Below, one piece after another: positions 1 to 13,500 of a DNA stretch of 64,000 bases; positions within the stretch are counted from its first letter, which is position 1; each line of letters begins with the position of its first letter. The position numbers and the translations under genes are program-made. Under the pieces are notes generated by a model. It saw nothing but the letters and a program-made list of their open reading frames with translations. It was not told the origin of the DNA and did not search any database. Origin of the DNA: Amoebophrya sp. A120 (lineage: Eukaryota; Protista; Dinoflagellata). The stretch spans positions 2,440,228 through 2,504,227 of the forward strand of contig CAJINV010000004.1 in assembly GCA_905178155.1 (NCBI GenBank). Reading direction: 5' to 3'.

Positions 1-626
1 CAGAATGCTGGAGCAAGTGGTAGTACCGACGAGAAGAATAAAGCTGAGGCAGGTGGGGCCGCGTCGAGTAGCCGTGGTCCGAGGGTATAATTCAGTCTAT
101 ATCATCTTGCTTTGTGTTGTGAATGAAGATGAACGCGGTGCAGCAGCTGCAACCTACGGCACACCTTCGAATATTAGAATTAGAAAGAGGAATGATATAA
201 GTATCGATAACAGGTGCCATCATTCTTGGACGCAGAACGCATATGCAACGCGTGATGATTATCGCAGGCTCAGCACAAATGAATATTTATGAATGCTGAA
301 AGCTGCAACAAGTTAGTGCTTTGAATAAAATACAAATATACGGAAATCATCATGTGCACGAAAATCAAAATCAAATTCCGTTCGTAAAATAAAACACAGG
401 ACGCCGATCCGAGCCCGGAAATAAAAGCCAGTAAGGAAAGCGAACAAAAAGGCGCCCCAGGAGACGACACTGCAGCAGCAGAAGATGGAGCTGGTACTCA
501 CTCGTCTTTGCATACAGTTTTTCCACATGCCGAATCTATTGCAGTGCCGAAGGAGCTTGCGCTAAATCGTTTTTTACGTGCTACGAGTGCAGAAGACGAA
601 GAGCGTCTTTCACTTTCTATATCTAT

Positions 627-3600
627 TTGCTTTTGTGCTCCTTCGATGACATAAATGATTATGAAAAAACCGTAATCACAGACGACCCCGGGAATGCCGA
701 CCCGAAGGGCGCCTCCACCGCGAAACGCAAAAGCGCCCGCAAAAGGACGTCCGCGAAGGCCGACGCGAGCGACGAGCCTTCGGTACCAGGTAAAGAGGTT
801 GTAGTAGTTGCCAGCGCAAGCAAAGAAGGAACATCAAGTGCAACTACGTCGCCAGGCAAAAAAACCAAACTCAACGTCGGGAGCAGCAATAAGCAGGCGG
901 AGCTCACTTCCCTTCCCCCCGGGGAGCAGAGAAACTCTTCGGCAAGTAGTCCGGAGCGGAAAATGAAGACCAACGTGTTCAAACGAGCTGCGCAAAGCGT
1001 GATCGACGCGAACATAGCGACCAGCAGTTCAACGTCTCGGAAAAGTACGAACAAATCGCCCAGAAAATCGAAAAGCAACCGAGACAGCAACACCACTGGA
1101 GGTGAAAACAAGGGAAATAAAGTAGGCGAGTTCCTTCTGGACAAAGGCGTGGAGCAGTTAAATGAGTTCACCAACAAGGTCTACGCGTCCGAAGGCTGCC
1201 GCGCCACGCTGATGCATCCGAGTAATGGGCAGAAGATGCCGGTCAGAATGCGAATTCTTATGAAGAAAACAGGCTTACCCGTCCCCGGGAGTGAGGTCAG
1301 CAACATCGCGGAGGATGCGTATTTGGAGATCGCGAAAGACAGTGTGGACAACAGTAGCAACCCGTTTCTCCAGCCCGCCTTACCCTCTACTGGTGTAGTC
1401 TCCAGCACCGCTGCGAGCGCAGCCCTTCCCTCCGGCCGGTCTCTGAACAAAAACATCCTCCGTTCCGTGAAGCTGTCCGGCATCAAGAACCTGTTTCTCG
1501 GCGCGAATTTATCGCCGTTGACGAAACGGGCCTTGAAACTGACCGAGGAGAAACAGTTGCAGTACCTGCACCCGCTGTGCGTGACCATGCAAATCTCCGA
1601 GGAGTTGGAGTTTCTGACCCTGGAGTTTCTGTACCCGGACCAAGTGCAAGACGTGACCGAGGACGGGTTGAACCTACACACGGAGGAGCTACTCGGGAAC
1701 AAATCCGAGTACCTTCCGCAGTTCATCGAATTGTGTCGCAGCTACTACGCGCCGCCGAGGTACCCCGACGAGCCGCAGACGTATAATTTGCTTTCCAAAC
1801 AGCAGTTTCCCGACGTGAAGAAAGTGTGTGAGGAGGCGGTGGTAAAAGTGGCGCAGAAAAAGGTGAACGACCTGCAGACGCTCCGGAACTCGGTAAACTT
1901 GAACGTGTTCGTCGGCGAGAAGAAAAGCGAGGACGAGATCGGCGCAGTGCTCGCCGGGGGCAAGGAGGACTTTTTGATTTCCAGCGAGGAGAAAGTCCGC
2001 AGTGACCGGGAGGAAGGCGGTGACCAGCGGGGTAGGGGTAGGAAAACTACAACTAATAATACGTCAATACGGAAGACGAGGACATCGACCTCCGGAGGTC
2101 GGAAATCTGTTGCGCCGTCCCCACGTGCTGGTAGTTATCGCTCCTCGCGAAGAGTAGACAGCAGTGCCGAGTTGCAAGAACTGCTTTTCGCGGACCAGAG
2201 GAGCGCGGCGAAGCAGGATTTGAAATTTCTTCAACAGCTGAAAAAGTCCCTGCCCTCGTGTTCTGCGTCCGCGCTCCCTGAGGCCGCGCGGCAGTTTTTC
2301 AACCTGAAGGTGAAGCTGTTTTTGAACAATGTAGACGGAGCCGACGAGCTGTCCTCTGCTGTCGTTGACACCTGGTGCCACGAGTTCTGGTCCAGCACCG
2401 ACATTGTGTTCACGGAAAAGCAACTCCAGCTCGGCGAGCACCTTTCATCCGACCCCGAGCATCTACGGCTGCCCTGGTCCTTGCCCGACCACGCGAAGCT
2501 GGTTTTGAAGTACATTCTGGCGGACTTGAACTCCGCCGACACCGTACCAGCCGACCTGTATGACCAGTACCCGATGAATAGCTTGCAGTCCGGGCTGCAC
2601 ATCCTGGACTCCCGCACCGGTGCGACGAACCTGTCAGGTGTAGGAACATCAACCTCAGCCGCGTCAGCACGGAGACGAAGCAATTCTGCGGGGTCGACGG
2701 GGAATTACGAGGACCCGGAGGTCGTTGTTCTGCAAAGGAGAAGAAACAGTGGTAGTGCGAAAAGAAGGACTTCTGCAGCACCGGGTACTTCTAAATTGCG
2801 AGTTGCATTGCCGCGGAACGACAGTCCCCCCGGAGGAAGTACTACAATGTCTAGACAGAGCAATGCCAATGTTGGTAACACAGGAGCTGCACCGTCACGC
2901 AGCAAAACGAGTACCATAGCAAGCAACGTGGCGGAGTCAAGCCCGCCAGTTATTGGCAGTAGCATACGCGGTCGTGGTGTTGACGGGGCCGCTGCCCCCT
3001 ACCCCGTTCCGGCGTTTAGCACACCGCGGGCGGCTGCAAACAAGTTGGTGGGAAATTTGCAAGCGGAATTGCGGTCCAGTAGTCAAGCAAGAAGAGGCGG
3101 GGGAGGATCACGTACTTACTATTCGATCAATAGTTTTGCTCGATGAATTTCTTAAATTCAGTTTTTGTTTTGAAAGTCCTCAAGCGTCGTTGTGGTGTGG
3201 TGTAGCATGAAGCTCTTAGCTCAAGAATCTACTCAAGCGATTGCGATACATGTACTTGGAGACTAGCTTTTTTCTTCATTCTCAAATGCCAACATAACAG
3301 CCTCTTCCCGAACCGGAACCCCAGGCACTGCACAGCAACTTTTCCAGAATCCTGCCGCCGCAGCCTCCTCCGCGTCGCGAACTGGTGCAGGCAATACTTT
3401 CACACCGCAAAATCGGCAGAAGCTGTTCTCTGGCGCAGTTGACCAGCAACAGAATCTTCGCCCCGGTAGTACTAACACCCGCAAGGAGATCGCCACGTAC
3501 CAGGTGTTGCGCAATGGGATATCGGTCCTGGTGCAACCAGTTTATGGCGACGACGTGCAGTTCACGGGGCAAAAACTGAACCAAAACGCCATGATCGTGG

Positions 3601-4564
3601 TGGACCAGTACTTGGTGTTGGATAACCTGAAATACCTCCGACTGATCGACAGGACCGGCTGGGTCGTCGATGACAGCATGGTAGTTGTTTTTTTTTTCAA
3701 TGTCGTTCCGTTGGTACGTTGGAAGTAAGTGCTACTTCTAAGTCCTTCTACTACAGCGATCCAAACACATAGATCCAATGTTAAAAATCGAAACCTCAAC
3801 CAATCGCTCAGGTCAACCCCGCCACGCCTTCCTTGAAGCGCATCAACACGGGCGCGGTGATCGCGGGTGGCGAAGGCAGCACCACGCTCCCGCCTACCAA
3901 TCTTAGCCAGAAGAATTACCTCGCACCACGGGGAGACAGTGGTAACGCAACATCAACCTCTGGGCCGCAGCAGCTGGCACAACCCGTGGTCGGCGGTGCA
4001 ACTACAACAAAAATTGGTGGTGGTAAACTCAGCCCCGGTAGTGGTGCACAGCAACTGCTCAACACCCCGAGCCTGACCGCCCCCGGCCTCAGCAGCAACC
4101 CGAGCCTGAAATTCCAGCCGAGCGCGAGTGCAGCAAGTTCGAATGGTGTTCAGCAGGGGCAACAGCCGCAGCAATCCGCAGTGGCGAGCATGAACGCGAT
4201 GAAGCAACAGGGAATTTTTGGGAACAACAAGAACCAGCAAGGGACCACTTCTCTCTTGACGAACAAATTCGGTTTTCAGCAGGGCATCACCCAGGGGGCG
4301 AACGTCGCACAAGACCGACCCCACGACTACTACCACGCGGATGTTGACCATGACATCCCGAGCTTGAGCCGGCCACTGCTGGGCGGCGGAGCAGGTGGTG
4401 CAGTTGCTGGGGAGAACAATCCAGCCGCGTCCTCGAGAGAAGAAAGCAAAAACAGCGCCAAATACCTGATCAGTCCGGGTTTGAATGGCCGACCGCACCC
4501 GATACTGCACGGAGACATGCCTATGGGGCAACGGGACATGCCCATCGGAGCGGACTTTTTGTAG
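627..4564 (+). CDS. Hypothetical low-complexity (S/T/G/R/K-rich) protein, probably 3 exons; true start uncertain
   Basis: 839-codon ORF 627-3146. A GT-AG intron 3681-3811 joins ...GWVVDDSM to VNPATPSLKRINTG... in frame, stop at 4562-4564. A possible GT-AG intron 3112-3300 joins the long ORF to this part in frame (less certain). No recognisable domain. Confidence 0.6.
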
Positions 4565-7415
4565 TGCGATACAGGGAGGAGGAGGACGGCGGACACGAGA
4601 TCGGGGCTTTGAATCTACAACGCCAGCTACTGAACCGGGACGACAGCAGGGTAATTGTTGATACGGTGACCCCATCGATCGACTACAAGAACATACGTGA
4701 TAAGTAGGAAATCAAAAACTACTACATAGTAGCGTAGGAACCTTCACGAGTAGAACTGGTGAACGAATTATATCAACAGCGCAGCGTCGTTGTTTCTCCA
4801 GTGGTCCTAGTCCTTTTAAATGCAATCGCAATTGTTTCAAAATGTCAATGGAGAAAGAAGTTTGTCAAGTAGATCCTCTTGTGGTGGACCAGGCCATAAA
4901 AAATAACGTGAACAATTCAAACGCAATCGCAATGTTGTAATCGGTTTCTGACGTACAGAGGAAAATGAATCGCACAGCGGTTAGTACTAAGTTGCACCAA
5001 ATATTATTAACTGGTTGCAGTGAGACTCGCTGGTGCAGATGAGCTTACGTTGTTTCAAAGTTTCAACAAGATCGCTTGCAGTCGTGCAGCCGAGCCCATT
5101 TTGTTAATTTCGCTAATATCAACAAGAAAGATAAACAGGAACGCAAGTAGAAAACTTGATGTAAAATTTGAACTAGTTCTTCTTGTTTCTGCAATGAAAA
5201 CTAAGTGGAATCAAAGTAGGGACTAAAGGTCCTCATCGCCGCGACACCAACTTCAGAGTGTTCATTTATCGCACGGCCATCAACCCGCGGTGGATAGCCG
5301 GACACGTCGGAGGCTCGGTGAGCTCTACAGTGGCGAACATATCCGACATGCCTCGCATCAGGTCGGCGCTATTTCCGTCGTGGCGTCTTTAGATGCCTGC
5401 AGGACACACCGGGCAGCCCACGCGGCCGCGCTCTCTGTATTCTGACGAGTACGCCCGCCCGAGCTTCGAAGACGACGAGCCCCAGGCGTCGCGTGGCCTC
5501 GTCCGGCTCTTTGCCTCGCGTCTGCGGGTTTCTTTGTTACTTTCGAAGCAGAGAAGGGCGAGGCCGGGCCTCGGATCCGCTTCCTCGGCGTGTTTTCCCT
5601 GATGAACACGCAGCGCAAAGGCGCGCGCCCCGCTCCTTCATGGAAGACGTCGCGCGCGGCCAGGTTTTTGCTTTTGATTGCCGGCGAACTGGTCCGCAGG
5701 ATCTAATACGTCTGGATGGGACTCAGGAACGAATCAGGAAAGCCATTGCCGCGCAGGAACCTCAGGGCCGGACCTGCTTCGGGCACGCAGAGCCGTGGCT
5801 TGTGTGGGGCCGAGCCTGCCGCCTAAACGAAGAGCGGGGCGAGGACGCGCCGGCGCTGTGGTGAAGCTGCTGCCGAGCAGGCGGCCCGCGACCTCGTGGC
5901 CAGTCGCCGGCCGCGGTGGGGCTTGGGGCGCAGGGAATGGCCGAAGCGAGGGCAATTTGGAGCGATGACAGTCGCCCCCCCCGCAACTAACCGGGCCGCG
6001 CCGGGCGCTTGGATGGGGGGCGATGTCGCGGGCGCCGGCGCTCTTCGGGAAAGGGAAGAGGCAAGGCCACCACCGCGGGCGGGCCCACTTGCTTGGAAGG
6101 CCTGGGGAACTAGTCCCCCGCTCGGCGGGCGTGTGTCTGCCCCGGGAGGCCGGCGCGGTTTGGTGAAGGATCAGCGCAAGCGGGCCGCGGAAGAATACCA
6201 GATCGCAGCGGGCGGGATGGGACGCCAACCATGACCGCTCCGGATCGATGCCGACCATGGCGCCACTGCTTTCGGCCGCCCCCGCGCGCCCTTGACTTCT
6301 GCCGGCCCCTTGCGGGTGGCTTGGTTGTGTGTGGTTTATCTCCGGCAGCCGCTTGCGCGCCGGCGTCCATCTTGCAGCGCCCCCACCAACCCGCGGCAGA
6401 TTGCCTGTGCCGGCGGTGTTTGCACAGTCAGCGGGCCCACTGCCCCGCGCGCCGTGGCGCCCTGCGGCGGCCAGTCCCTGCAGTGGCTCGGTTCGCTGGT
6501 ATTTTGCTCGTGGGCCCTTTTTGGACCACTTGTCGCCGGGCCGGCGCGCGGTCTCTCGGTCGTCCGTGCTTCCTGGTCTTTTGGGCGCGGCGAGGGCCAT
6601 GCAGCTACTGCACTTGGTTGGCGCGCCGCCGCCCCTGTGTCTGTGTGTGCGCCCTCCTTCGGCAAATTGCTCATGGCCCCGGGACTGGACCAAAAAGTCG
6701 TAGCGTCTTCGCTTGAACAGCGCTGCGCAAAGCGTGCGCATGACTCAAAGCATGCATCTCCACAAGGCACCTACTTGGTTGCGGTTCCTACACAGATAGG
6801 TAGTGTTCTTGAGTAGAAGAAGAGCTTTTCACACCAAGCTTGCGGCTGCAGCGCAAGGTTTGATCTGTCGTCACGCAAGGAAACACGTCGGTACACCCTC
6901 CACACATTCAGATTGCATTTGCAGCGCAGCAGCAGCTGCTCCTTGAGACAGCTTTTATCGGTCTGTATCTGTGTCTTCTCATCTTGCGGAAGTGGATCCT
7001 CGGTCCTGGCCGGCAGTGGAATACGAATAGGAATTCGAATTAGAACGCATGTGATGGTGCGAACTTCGGTTTTCCCACGTGTTGATGAAAATCACAGCAG
7101 CATTTCTGCTGATGAAGATAATAGATTTAGACGAGGACGTGATATCGGTGCAATATCTCGACTCGAACGTCATTGATCAGAGCAAAAATTCACAACTTCT
7201 AAAACTGCTATGCCGTACAGATTTTTTGTAAGTCATTATGTGAGCAAGAGCAGCCCGCCCGGCAACCTTATTTTGCCTGCTTCTTCTGTACTTAGGCCGA
7301 CCTCACGACATTTATCAACGAAGGACAATAAGACTAATTAACTTGTTTTTTACCATTTTATCGTTTCTTTTTTTTACCCAAAAGATAAAGAACGCATAAG
7401 GAGAGAATCAACCCC

Positions 7416-8815
7416 ATGTCCGCAGCCCGCCGCTCTCCCAGTCCACCGGCGCGGCGGATGCAGTCCTTTGATTTGGAAAACGACATGAACCGGCAGGACG
7501 GCATGCACTTACCCCCAACGAAATCGCCGGTTTTATCCCGCCTATCCACGACTTCCAACCTGCTTCTCTCGGAACGCGAGCGATCGCCCAAACGGTCCCT
7601 GATTGAATCGCCCCGGATTGCCGGCCCGATTGACAAGGCGGACACGGGTATGAGCTGTTGTTCAACACTGCAATGTAGTCGAACTGGGTTTGGGGGGATT
7701 TTTAATACGTTAGTATACTTGTAGATCTACTACGTAGAAGTTCATGCCAGTCGTGCATGTGAGCGCTCCATTTGTTTGCAAACAAATCGCGGCCCGCGCA
7801 GCGAAGCGAGCATGGGAAGCTTTTTCGCTCTTCTTACCTCATCCTGAGCCCGGCATAAGAAGCCATGTTCTGCACGAGCCGGAGCCGACGGCATGTTTTC
7901 GTGTGAGACGTGAATCCTGTAGTTGTGAATGTGATTGTTGCGAAAAGTAGACGAAGCACATAGAGCAACTAAAACTATGCATGATGCTTCCTCCAGACCC
8001 AGTCAGCTTGTGTTTTTTTTTGCAGCTCATAACAACCCGGATTCTGGAGTTAAAAAACGAAGAATTGGAGAAGAAAGACAAGGAGTTACAGCGTTTGCAG
8101 CACCTTTTATCCGAGAAAGACACGATCCTGGCGGGCAATGAGCAGAAAATTCGCGAACTGGCGTTATCGCATCTGGGTCAGCAGGACAGCGACAGTCTGC
8201 GATTAACGCGGCACTTTCCGGAAATGGACCCGTTTGGCGCCGGAAAACGGCAGTTGCCGACGGTGGCGGCCATCGAGCAGGCGGCCCACAACCACCTGCG
8301 CTTCAAGGACAAAGCCCAGGACGAACAGGTTTTAAAGTTCGTCTGCAGGCTGTACCTGGAAGGGCTGACCAAAGTGCAGGCCGGGGAGTGGAAGCGGTGT
8401 CTGCAGATCTGCGAGCACCTGCAACGGAACCTGGCGAAAACGTACGCGTCCAACAACTGGACGGTCACACTGGGCTGGTATTCTTACAGCGTGTCAAATG
8501 CGGACAAGCTATCCTGTGCAAAAGCATCATGCTCGTACTAGTCGCAGCCATGCAAGACAAATATCTTTTTCAAGCTAAATCAGCATGACAAGTTCCATTT
8601 GTCGCACCGAGCTAATTTGTAGGGCAATACTACGAGTGCGATACTTTTGAAAAGTACACAAGTACCTGCTCATTGATTGCGACACCCACCTGGGGACGGC
8701 GTTTCCCCGGATCTTTGTGCTCCGCGGAACCGGGGACGTGGTGTTTCCGAAATCCCCAAGGCTGTCCCCGAGGATGAGCGGTACCGGGACTGTTACTGTC
8801 GGTGCTCCGTCGTAG
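7416..8815 (+). CDS. Hypothetical coiled-coil protein with possible LC8/dynein-light-chain-like C-terminal domain
   Basis: Exons 7416-7647, 7751-7890, 8026-8508, 8663-8815 (GT-AG, GC-AG and one introner) give a continuous frame. Coiled coil ELKNEELEKKDKELQRLQHLL; C-terminus ICEHLQRNLAKTYASNNWTVTLGWYSYSVSNADKYLLIDCD...RIFVLR. Confidence 0.65.
8510..8658. mobile_element. Introner-like element, family B (149 bp)
   Basis: TATCCTGTGCAAAAG...GATACTTTTG degenerate TIR; TSD CAAGC/CAAGT; 154-nt removal restores the frame. Confidence 0.85.
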
Positions 8816-9428
8816 CAGGACGTTTTTGCTGTACTGAGGTCGTGCGAGTATTGAAATGGAAATTCAAATAAAGCAGCGGCGCAATTCATCTCGAGCAGCG
8901 GATCGCTCGGCAAAGCAGGATCTTCTTGAGCAGACACAGACGAGGAAACTTTAACTTTACATACTGTACTCATTCCAGCAGGGTAGTTCTTTCTAAATGC
9001 TAGAGCTTAGGGGCATAGTCTATCATGGCTGGACAGCACTACTAGGGGTATCTAACCTCTTCAGATGACAAATAAGCACGTGAAGACTATTCAAACGCGA
9101 CGACTACTTGCCGTACTACGTACAACTACTACTTCTTACTTACGCGACCCCGGACACAAAAGGCGAGGTATATGAATTCTTGTGCACTAGTTTTCTTGTG
9201 CAATCGAAAGTTTGAAAATGAAATAGAGAAAGACAAACTTATGTGGACTACCTGGTCCTGGACCGCAATTCTCAACTGCAAGCTGCTGAAACAGGCGTAT
9301 ACTAGCGACACTCAGCCTGGACATGCTCAGTTATGAAAAAAAAATGCGAACAGCATAAACAACAAGTCAACCAGGAATGTTTAGGTCTTCCGCGTTGTAT
9401 GTAGTGAGGTCACGAACGTTCTATCCTA

Positions 9429-10080
9429 GCTGTTTTTTTGACACCTCACCTTCAAAACGATCGGCAGTTTTCAAGCGGGCGGAAGTGTTTTTGGACATAA
9501 AAGGTTTTCAATTATCAAGCGTCCGGGGCTTTAGCGGCAAAATAGCCCGAGCGGATTCTATCGATTCCCGCTTGATAAAACGACGCAGGGGAGCCGGCAA
9601 AAGGGGCGCCCTTCTGAGGCGCCCACCGCCTTGGTTTCTGACGGTTTGGGGCGCCCAAAAGGGGGCGGCCAAAAAGCAGCAGTCCGAACAAAACAGCGAA
9701 TCCGCATGGTAAGGGCCCCATTTTGGCTTGCATTCGGGCCCCGCAAAGACGCTACCAAAGTCCGCCACTTCAGAGGCGGACTTATGTCCAGAAGATGCGG
9801 CATTTTAATAAAGAAAACAAAAAAAAACAAAGCCCGCCAAAAGCAAACAGCCAATCCGCATGCTATGGGCCCGATTTGGGGCTCCCAAGGGGCCGACCCT
9901 GGCGGGGGCCCTGGCGGGGCCATAGCATGCGGGGAAGGTTTTTCATGTCGAAACCAAATGGAGGCCACCTCTGGATCGAGATTTTTAGGGACTGCCGTGC
10001 CGTCGTGCATAACATTACTCACGGCGGCATGGTGGGAAGGGAAGCCGCGTCGTTTTTTGAAGTGAAGACAAAAAAACTGC
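9429..10080. mobile_element. Non-autonomous interspersed repeat (~650 bp) with imperfect TIRs
   Basis: Left GCTGTTTTTTTGACACCTCACCTTCAAAACG is roughly complementary to right CGTTTTTTGAAGTGAAGACAAAAAAACTGC. Diverged inverted copy at ~47753-48362. No clear TSD. Confidence 0.6.
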
Positions 10081-10512
10081 CATGACCTCACTACCCCCGC
10101 TGAGGCGGCTATTATTGTAGGAGAGCTGCCGCTGCGTGAGTTTCTCAAGCTCTTTCGGTTGTTTTCTTTCTTAGTGGTCTTGAAGACGAGAGTAGCTAGG
10201 TATTGTTTCGGAATCGGTTTGTTATTGTTTTCCGCCTCCTGATCGCTGCTCTATGGGTGTGTTACGTTTGATGCTTATGTCGTTCACCGCCTCAGGTCGT
10301 ATAGGCGTCGTGCCTTCCAGTGACTCCTGCAGCATTGCGACAGTGAATCTCTTCAGTAAAGCATTGTCCACAGGCAGGCTTTATGGCTTCGTACGAACCC
10401 CGCTTATTCTGGCGTGGGTGCCCAAGAACTGGTATTGGTAAACGTGAATTGTCTGTCGTGTGCTCTCCGATTCGATTTCGTGCGAGTGGCTGAGAGCATC
10501 ACCAACATCAAC

Positions 10513-13500
10513 ATGCCACTGCAACTCGGCACGCCACACACCAACCTGCCTAGCAGCACGGGCAACACCAGTAAGGGCCGCAGCCGCAAGCCCGAACACT
10601 CAGTGAGTACGACGAGCACAGCGGCCAAAGCTGCTCCTGTTGCGGAAGCTTCCCCGGCTCCGCCTCCCCCGCCCGGTGGTACGATTTCGACTGCTGGTAC
10701 TACATCAAATCCAGCCCGACCCAACGCCGCGGAATCGCAAAGTAAATCGTCCGGCGCGAAGTTTCTCACATCTCGGCTGCATGCGGTGTCCGTTCGCGGG
10801 CAACTCGCGTGGGCGTTTTCACGCTTGGACCGGCACGCTGTCGTGGAAAGGGTGAAAGAAAAATGCACAGGTCGGCTGCGCGAAATCCGCGCGGTTCTCA
10901 GCGAGCTGCAAGCGGTAAACACCGCAGCACGTCAACCCTCCGCTTCTAAGAAGAGCCGGCTGCTGAAGGGCGCCAAACTTGAAGAGGATCATTGGGGCGG
11001 AGTCTCAGTTTCTGTTTCAGGTTCAGCTGAAGATGCTGGGGAGGGGGAACAACTGTCGGCAACAACATCTTCGAAGCCGCTGCGGCGTCATCTTGAACAA
11101 ACAGAGGACGGCTCTGCCTCAGGACCTTCTTCGCCCGCCGGGGTAAGAACAGTTTTCGATGTTGTTGCGACACCAATTCTTGCACAAGATAATTTCAAGT
11201 GGATGATGATAGGTGTAGTGGATAAATACAAGTTGCGGATTGATAGTTGTCACTGTTCGTTGTCGTTTGCATGCGCCAAAGACCAAGACAATGTTGACAC
11301 CATGGTATCTTCATATACAAACTGAGAGCATCATTTCCTGCATTCGATACAGGTTCTTTCCTCGCCTGAAAAGTACGACATTCCTTCCGAGTCCGTGCCA
11401 ACGCAGCCGGCAAGTCAACAACGTGCGAAAATAAACAGTGGTTTTTATGCAGCAGCTGCCCGCACGAAGAGGAAAAACCCACCGCCGGCAGTTGCGACCA
11501 TGGAACAAGTGGTGAAGGGCACGTCAGCTCTTGTTCATCTGGCGAATAAAAATCCACCAGCCGGTGGTCCGACCGCGAGCAGCTCGAGCTCAGCCACACG
11601 ACGCGTCAACGCTGGAAAGCCGCCACCGAAAATTCACCACAATCCAGGTAGTGCTGCAACGAGGGCGATCTCGGTTGACTCGCAGCGGCCTAGGGGCGGC
11701 GGAGTCTTTGGACCATTGACGCGTAGGATTTTCTACTGTTCTGGTTGTTGTACTGCAGTTTCTACTTCTACTTTTGATGGAGTGAGAACTTCTACACGAC
11801 GAAGAAACCAGTCAGCATGTTGTATGTTAAAAGCGCTTTGAAGCCAGACACAGGATAGGCAATCGTTCTAGATGAATTTGTACGCAAATAATAAACAGCC
11901 CTGAACCTCCGCGAGGTGCTGACACCCCGAGAGCCGCTCGGGCGCAGTACCGCCAACTTTGGTTTTCAGCCTCTCAAACGCTGCGCTGTCAATGATCCGC
12001 GCGAACAAGAAGAACCGCAGCTGACGGAGCTGCAGGGAACTGCGAGTAAGGCCAAGATCAACAATATCGGAGGTACAACTTCTAGGACGAGTGCCGGTTC
12101 TTGGAAGACAACTGGTGGAGTTGTACTAGCCCAGCATGGGGCATCTGCTCTTGCGGACAGCAAGAATGGTTCCACACCCACCGCCGGTGCTTCTTCGGTG
12201 GGAACACTAAAAAATCCCTCTAACACCACAACCCCTGCTGCAACCAGTTCCGGCACCACCTCAGCTGCCAGTACGCGAGGGGGCGTGCGGCCGAAGGGCA
12301 AAGCAAAAGTAACTGGAGCTTCGTCGTCCAATGTCGCCCCAATTACACAACAGTTTCCTGGGGAACAAGAGGATCAAGATCCACCAATTGCGGCGAACAA
12401 AATCATGAAGACTGCCGGCGGAGCTGTACAAGTAGCTGGGACCGCATCTTCTTCCACCTCCGGGCAGATGAACCACAGCGGTGCAAAGACAGTGGCCGGA
12501 GCTGCGCCTGCCTCGTGGGTGAAGCCGGCCGTTTCGCCCCTCGGGGGCCGCGGCACGACATCTTCTGCGTTTGCGGTGGGCAAGGGAGGGTACTACTATA
12601 GTACTCAGTACTTCTTGTTCTTTTTTTCGTTTTTGCAGGAAAAGTTTGCAGCTGCCTCACGTCGACTGCGGTCGCGTCGGCCAGTTCTGTTCATCCCAGT
12701 TCCTCCTAGCGCACTCATTGTGAAATGCCTCTGTAGTCGCTGTGTGTGTGTGTGTGTGTGTGTGTGTCGAGAAATGATCAGCAAAGGATTGTTGACATCA
12801 TCTGGTGGCTCTACTTCCAAAGCAGCGTGATGTTGAAAAAAGATCCTCACAACGATTCACCAGGCCGGCGACGACATCCATTTTCGGTTTTCTTTCGCCA
12901 CCGATGACGGGAAGAGGACCTCCCGGTGGTAGTACAGCTGGGCAAACGCAGCTCAACTACAACTACATGTTGCGCAAAGGCAGCGGCGAGTACCAGCACC
13001 AGCAGCAAGGCAACCCGCCGTGGAATTTCAACTCGAACAAGCCGCGCACCGCGTCCGTTTTTGCAAGGTCCAGCACAGGTTGTATTAGCAGTGGTAGTAG
13101 TGCTGGTCATCATCATCAACAACATCCGCGTAGTTGTGCTACTTCTAGTAGCAGTCACCTATCCTCGGTTGCCAACACACCCTCGTCATCCTCCAGCCGG
13201 AACACTGCAAACCAGAAGAACTTGGTTGCAGGAGCTCCGAATAAAAAACGACCCAACTTGGAGCAGATCTGCCTCGAGGGATCGGAGGAAGTAGAAGGGC
13301 GTCAAAATTCTAGGAAGAGACCTCCCGGTGCTGTTGGTCTGGCAGCTCCAGCTTCATCTGATTCTGCAACCAAAGTTCCGTTTGAAGATGTGGTTCCGGC
13401 AGATGAGACTCATGGAGGTCCACATGGAAATAAAATCAGTTCCCCGCGAACTACAAGCGACGTCCACCACCAAAAGCACCCGGCGGGTAGAGGCCTGCAG

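Noticed and set aside
3202-3238. SL-like GTAGC...GCTCAAG sequence
   Set aside because: Too degenerate to distinguish from chance.
5358-6816. GC-rich block with overlapping ORFs up to 335 aa
   Set aside because: ORFs in all frames reflect high GC; no domain, TIR or TSD identified. It may be a decayed element, but I cannot support a call.
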